Shown here: positions 29,193 to 32,000 of the stretch, one piece after another | Position numbering within the stretch: position 1 is the stretch's first letter | Layout of the letters: each line of letters starts with the position of its first letter | Assembly: GCF_000039765.1 (NCBI RefSeq) | Contig: NC_004460.2 | Location: forward strand, 420,001 to 452,000 | Direction of reading: 5' to 3' | Source of the DNA: Vibrio vulnificus CMCP6 | GTDB taxonomy: Bacteria; Pseudomonadota; Gammaproteobacteria; Enterobacterales; Vibrionaceae | Length of the DNA: 32,000 nucleotides | Program-made: the position numbers and the translations under genes | The notes under the pieces: model-generated | The model's input: the letters and a program-made list of their open reading frames with translations, nothing else | What the model was told of the DNA's origin: nothing | Databases searched by the model: none

Positions 29193-29459
29193 TTAATAGT
29201 ACTTTCACCACTTTCGGTCTTCATAACCATACCCATTTTCCCGATCAAGGCAATGTCGGAGGTATTACGGTCATTGAGAAAGCCTTCTTCCGTGAAGCGC
29301 ACCTGAAATCGCTCACTACCAACATCACCATATTGTGCGAGTTCTGCTAGATCAGCATCGCTATACTTGGGCTAACACCCCTTCTCCGCGACTTGCTCTC
29401 AGCAATTTTAGCTTCTTCCAGACTGTCAGGAAGAACTGCTTTTTTTGTAACAACTTACC

Positions 29460-29702
29460 TTACTTGGTTAACTCTCCAAGCACATATGTTTTCATCGATG
29501 AGAAATCAGAAAACGTATGTAAACCCTCCCTACTCCCTCTTTCAAAATAATAAACCAGCCAAACGCCTTCCTCCTCGATGACGCACGTCCTTTCATTTTT
29601 CTCTAGACCTAGAGAATAGTAATTTTTGGGAACACCTAACTTTACTAACTCCTGATCTAACGAATCCAAACTATTGTTTGTTGTATTCCCAATATTTACC
29701 AC
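29460..29702 (-). CDS. Small candidate immunity protein associated with the Rhs tip remnant
   Basis: 80 aa (MVNIGNTTNNSLDSLDQELVKLGVPKNYYSLGLEKNERTCVIEEEGVWLVYYFERGSREGLHTFSDFSSMKTYVLGELTK). GTG start with AGAGG upstream. It lies immediately 3' of an Rhs C-terminal fragment in the usual immunity position. Confidence 0.55.
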   Translation of the reverse strand: MVNIGNTTNNSLDSLDQELVKLGVPKNYYSLGLEKNERTCVIEEEGVWLVYYFERGSREGLHTFSDFSSMKTYVLGELTK

Positions 29703-29768
29703 GGTAAACCTCTTTCAAAATTGGATTATCACCCGAAATTAGGGTCTGAGGACTTCGACGCATGCCTC

Positions 29769-30347
29769 CTATTGGATTGATTGAATGAGCGCAGAAGACT
29801 GCTCTAAATCACCAAATGCGAGTTGCGCTAAGTCAACAACCGCATCAACGGCTGTGTTATAAGCACCTGCCGCCAGCATTTCTGTCGCACCCAACGCATA
29901 ATCAATGCCGACTTGCTGAACAGCGTCTGGCGCTATGGCATGTAACTGATAAGTCGGGCTGGCTGTTTTCACCGCACTGGCGTAATTGCCTGAGCCCATC
30001 GCGTAAAACATTGGCTGTTGCGGCTGGGTATCGTTCACGCCGGCTTTTATTGCAGGGGAGTCCTCTTTGGCACATAAACCATGCGGGTCTACCCACATCA
30101 CCGGATTGGGGGCATATTGATAATGGTTTATACCGCCTAAAAGCCCAATCGGGTCTGGCTGAATAAAGCGTCCTGTTCTTGGATCGTAGTAACGGGCAAG
30201 GTTGTAGTGTAGCCCTGTTTCCGCATCGTGATATTGCCCTTGAAAACGGAGTGGGTTGCCAACGCTCTCCACCTCAATGTGTGCACGTCCGTATGTGTCG
30301 TAACGTGCTTGCCAAACAACGGAGCCATTGACAGTAACGCAGAGTAC
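29769..30347 (-). pseudogene. Rhs core C-terminal fragment with a very short (probably truncated) tip
   Basis: Reading through from an in-frame TGA at 30350..30348: ...VTVNGSVVWQARYDTYGRAHIEVESVGNPLRFQGQYHDAETGLHYNLARYYDPRTGRFIQPDPIGLLGGINHYQYAPNPVMWVDPHGL, then a 75-residue tail ending SSALIQSIQ*. No upstream Rhs core is present. Confidence 0.85.
29926..30016. repeat. 91-bp perfect direct repeat, copy 1
   Basis: Identical to 31633..31723 (TCTGGCGCTATGGCATGTAACTG...CGCGTAAAACATTGGCT). On the minus strand it encodes P-MFYAMGSGNYASAVKTASPTYQLHAIAPD. Confidence 0.97.
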
Positions 30348-30487
30348 TCATCTCAAAAACTAACTATTTGGGGACTTTTGAGGTTGGATGACAAACGTTA
30401 AAGCTAAGCCCGCCAACCGACTTAGCAGACTTTGCGGCATTCATGTTGTTTGAGAGTAGAAGTTATTAGATATTAACAAATAAGTCA

Positions 30488-30829
30488 TTATTCGTTGTTC
30501 AAGCTTTCGATTTCATCAGCAAGGGCTTGATCCCACTCGAAGTCAATATTGAAACTTCCTGAGGGGTCGAGGCTAAATGTAGCTCTGTTCCAATTGTTAT
30601 CAGTTCCACTTGTTACTGCATGAAGCTCTTCAAATGCTTCAAATATTTCAAAAGGAACATCGAAATATTTTGGCTGTTCAGGTGATAAGGTTGGAATGTA
30701 TTCACTTTGAAATTCGATAGAACCCTCTGTAAGTTCTGCTCGAATTATTGAGATTGACCAATCATCATCTATAGAATTGACAATTGATTGAGCTATGGTT
30801 AAGTACAAATTTTCTACGCTATTTTCCAT
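30488..30829 (-). CDS. Immunity protein resembling the YezG family (DUF600-like)
   Basis: 113 aa. LYLTIAQSIVNSIDDDWSISIIRAEL...FEAFEELHAV...NNWNRATFSLDPSGSFNIDFEWDQAL follows the YezG pattern (...W.....L.LD.SGKF.IDY.Y...). The start overlaps the 3' end of the Rhs toxin ORF. Confidence 0.72.
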   Translation of the reverse strand: MENSVENLYLTIAQSIVNSIDDDWSISIIRAELTEGSIEFQSEYIPTLSPEQPKYFDVPFEIFEAFEELHAVTSGTDNNWNRATFSLDPSGSFNIDFEWDQALADEIESLNNE

Positions 30830-31718
30830 TGGGCATATTCCTTAAAAAACGCTTCACTTTTTTACCATCAATTTCATATATTATTTCAAATGCAGTGGGC
30901 CTTTTGCTTTCGCCTTTAAAAATCGAGTTTATCTCAACTTTAACTTCTTTAGGTGGGTTTCCACTAAGTGCTTCCGCCCATTTATTTTCCATCCGTTTCC
31001 AAGCACCTTTGTTTAAGTTGCCATTCATCGCTGCATAGTTTATTTGCTCACCAGGACCTTTAAAGATTGATGCGATAAGGTGACCGCCTTCATCATCAAC
31101 TAGGCCATCCTTAATACCATCTGTTTTCCCAGCTTTGCTTTGCTGATAAGTGTTTCTATCTACTTTGTTGAGTTCGAGTTTACCAGAAACGGATTTCACT
31201 CTGCCAAGTTCATCCGTTTTATATGAGTAAGAGCCCACTTTATACGTTGCGTTTGCTTCAAGTTTGCCATTGAGAGCCTTGTTCCATCCACCTTTGCTTC
31301 CTTGATCTAATTCAATTGTATGCGAAGTTGCCCCCGGCAACTCACTCCCTTTCGGTGCGTCCAGTTGTTTGGCAACTGATGTTAGGCTATCACCTCCCTT
31401 TGCTACTGTCTCCGTAGCTACATTTAGTGCTTTATTGCCATATTTTGCTGCTGTCACTCCCTGCCCAACGATTGGCAAGCCAGACAATAAAGACAAGCCA
31501 CTATTCAAAAAGTCGCCGCGCAGCGCATACAGCCCCGCATTAATTAAATCCGCTACAATGCCAATTCCAGGAGCCATACCGGCACCATCAAGCGCCAAGT
31601 GTATTGCCTCAAGTGCAGCACCTTTGTATTCATCTGGCGCTATGGCATGTAACTGATAAGTCGGGCTGGCTGTTTTCACCGCACTGGCGTAATTGCCTGA
31701 GCCCATCGCGTAAAACAT
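30819..31718 (-). CDS. Orphan Rhs/polymorphic toxin C-terminal tip with DNA/RNA non-specific endonuclease (Endonuclease_NS_2-like) domain
   Basis: Pre-toxin region APGIGIVADLINAGLYALRGDFLNSGLSLLSGLPIVGQG, then KTDGIKDGLVDDEGGHLIASIFKGPGEQINYAAMNGNLNKGAWKRMENKWAEAL...RPTAFEIIYEIDGKKVKRFLRN, a DEGGH-type nuclease motif. No Rhs core: an in-frame TAA lies 3 codons before the first Met. Confidence 0.82.
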   Translation of the reverse strand: MFYAMGSGNYASAVKTASPTYQLHAIAPDEYKGAALEAIHLALDGAGMAPGIGIVADLINAGLYALRGDFLNSGLSLLSGLPIVGQGVTAAKYGNKALNVATETVAKGGDSLTSVAKQLDAPKGSELPGATSHTIELDQGSKGGWNKALNGKLEANATYKVGSYSYKTDELGRVKSVSGKLELNKVDRNTYQQSKAGKTDGIKDGLVDDEGGHLIASIFKGPGEQINYAAMNGNLNKGAWKRMENKWAEALSGNPPKEVKVEINSIFKGESKRPTAFEIIYEIDGKKVKRFLRNMPNGK

Positions 31719-31723
31719 TGGCT
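31633..31723. repeat. 91-bp perfect direct repeat, copy 2
   Basis: Identical to 29926..30016. Homology ends a few bases upstream of the tip's first Met codon. Confidence 0.97.
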
Positions 31724-31753
31724 TTTACATCGCAGCTGACACAGAGATCACCT

Positions 31754-32000
31754 ATGCTGGACGCTTATAGCTTTTATGGACGAGACGATGACCTTAGTCG
31801 ACAAGGTTTCTTCAAACTGCCGGGTACTAAGATCGCCTCTTTGAGAAAGGAACCGTAGATAACGCAGGTGCAGCTTTCAGAGAACCTGGGGATTTCCCAG
31901 CAGTACATGCAGGCATTTGAAGCTGGCCGCAGGAAAGTACCTTCATCCAAACAGCTAAAGCAGGTGGAACAGATCAGTTATTTGCCGAAGGCGAAACAGA
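31754..32000 (+). pseudogene. XRE-type helix-turn-helix regulator interrupted by an in-frame stop; runs off the window end
   Basis: Single-frame read: MLDAYSFYGRDDDLSRQGFFKLPGTKIASLRKEP*ITQVQLSENLGISQQYMQAFEAGRRKVPSSKQLKQVEQISYLPKAKQ. TAG at 31856..31858. ITQVQLSENLGISQQYMQAFEAGRRKVP is HTH_3-like. Confidence 0.6.

Noticed and set aside
29816-30328. Plus-strand and alternative-frame ORFs (116, 64, 63 aa) across the Rhs fragment
   Set aside because: The Rhs reading frame on the minus strand is unambiguous, and these are overlapping shadow frames.
30361-30430. Possible integron attC-like site or terminator around GGTTGG...GTTAAAGCTAAGCCCGCCAACC...CTTAGC
   Set aside because: No convincing paired R/L core boxes and no integrase or cassette array. 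The stem is only 6 bp with a 12-nt loop and no T tract.
31369-31753. Plus-strand ORF segment 31369..31656 and the N-terminal part of 31604..31858
   Set aside because: Antisense to the Rhs tip; only the part from about 31754 onward has independent (HTH-like) character.
1-32000. CRISPR arrays, tRNA/rRNA genes, complete insertion sequences, prophage or known anti-phage defence operons
   Set aside because: None could be supported by eye. No regularly spaced repeats, tRNA cloverleaf or DDE/tyrosine recombinase ORFs were seen. tRNAscan, CRISPR and defence-finder runs would be needed to be certain.

Overview
The window is a gammaproteobacterial, Vibrio-like chromosomal segment. The genus is inferred from a VvhB/VvhA-type haemolysin pair and the overall gene content; it was not tested. 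Reading left to right: (1) an assimilatory nitrate locus on the minus strand: nasA, cobA, a YbiB-like phosphoribosyltransferase-family protein, a YghX-like dienelactone hydrolase, an ANTAR-domain NasT-like antiterminator, and the 5' end of a nitrate-binding periplasmic protein; (2) a GNAT acetyltransferase, a secreted alpha-amylase and two adjacent chemoreceptors; (3) a vvhBA-type pore-forming haemolysin operon with a ricin-B-like C-terminus; (4) glpT and glpQ; (5) a tightly coupled TldD/TldE(PmbA)-like pair; (6) an orphan MshA-like pilin, a DcuC-family transporter, LemA plus an M48 peptidase, and a lipoprotein with an endonuclease/exonuclease/phosphatase fold; (7) a terminal accessory region made of displaced Rhs C-terminal tips and immunity genes, linked by a 91-bp perfect direct repeat, next to a broken XRE-type regulator. 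The strongest observations are: (a) two separate nitrate promoters, each with a sigma54-like -24/-12 element and an intrinsic terminator just before the start codon, plus an NtrC-like site upstream of nasA; (b) the orphan Rhs endonuclease tip with an overlapping YezG-like immunity gene, followed by a second Rhs fragment that has lost its toxin but kept a candidate immunity gene. I saw nothing I could defend as a wholly new class of system. No rRNA, tRNA, CRISPR array or complete transposon was recognised.
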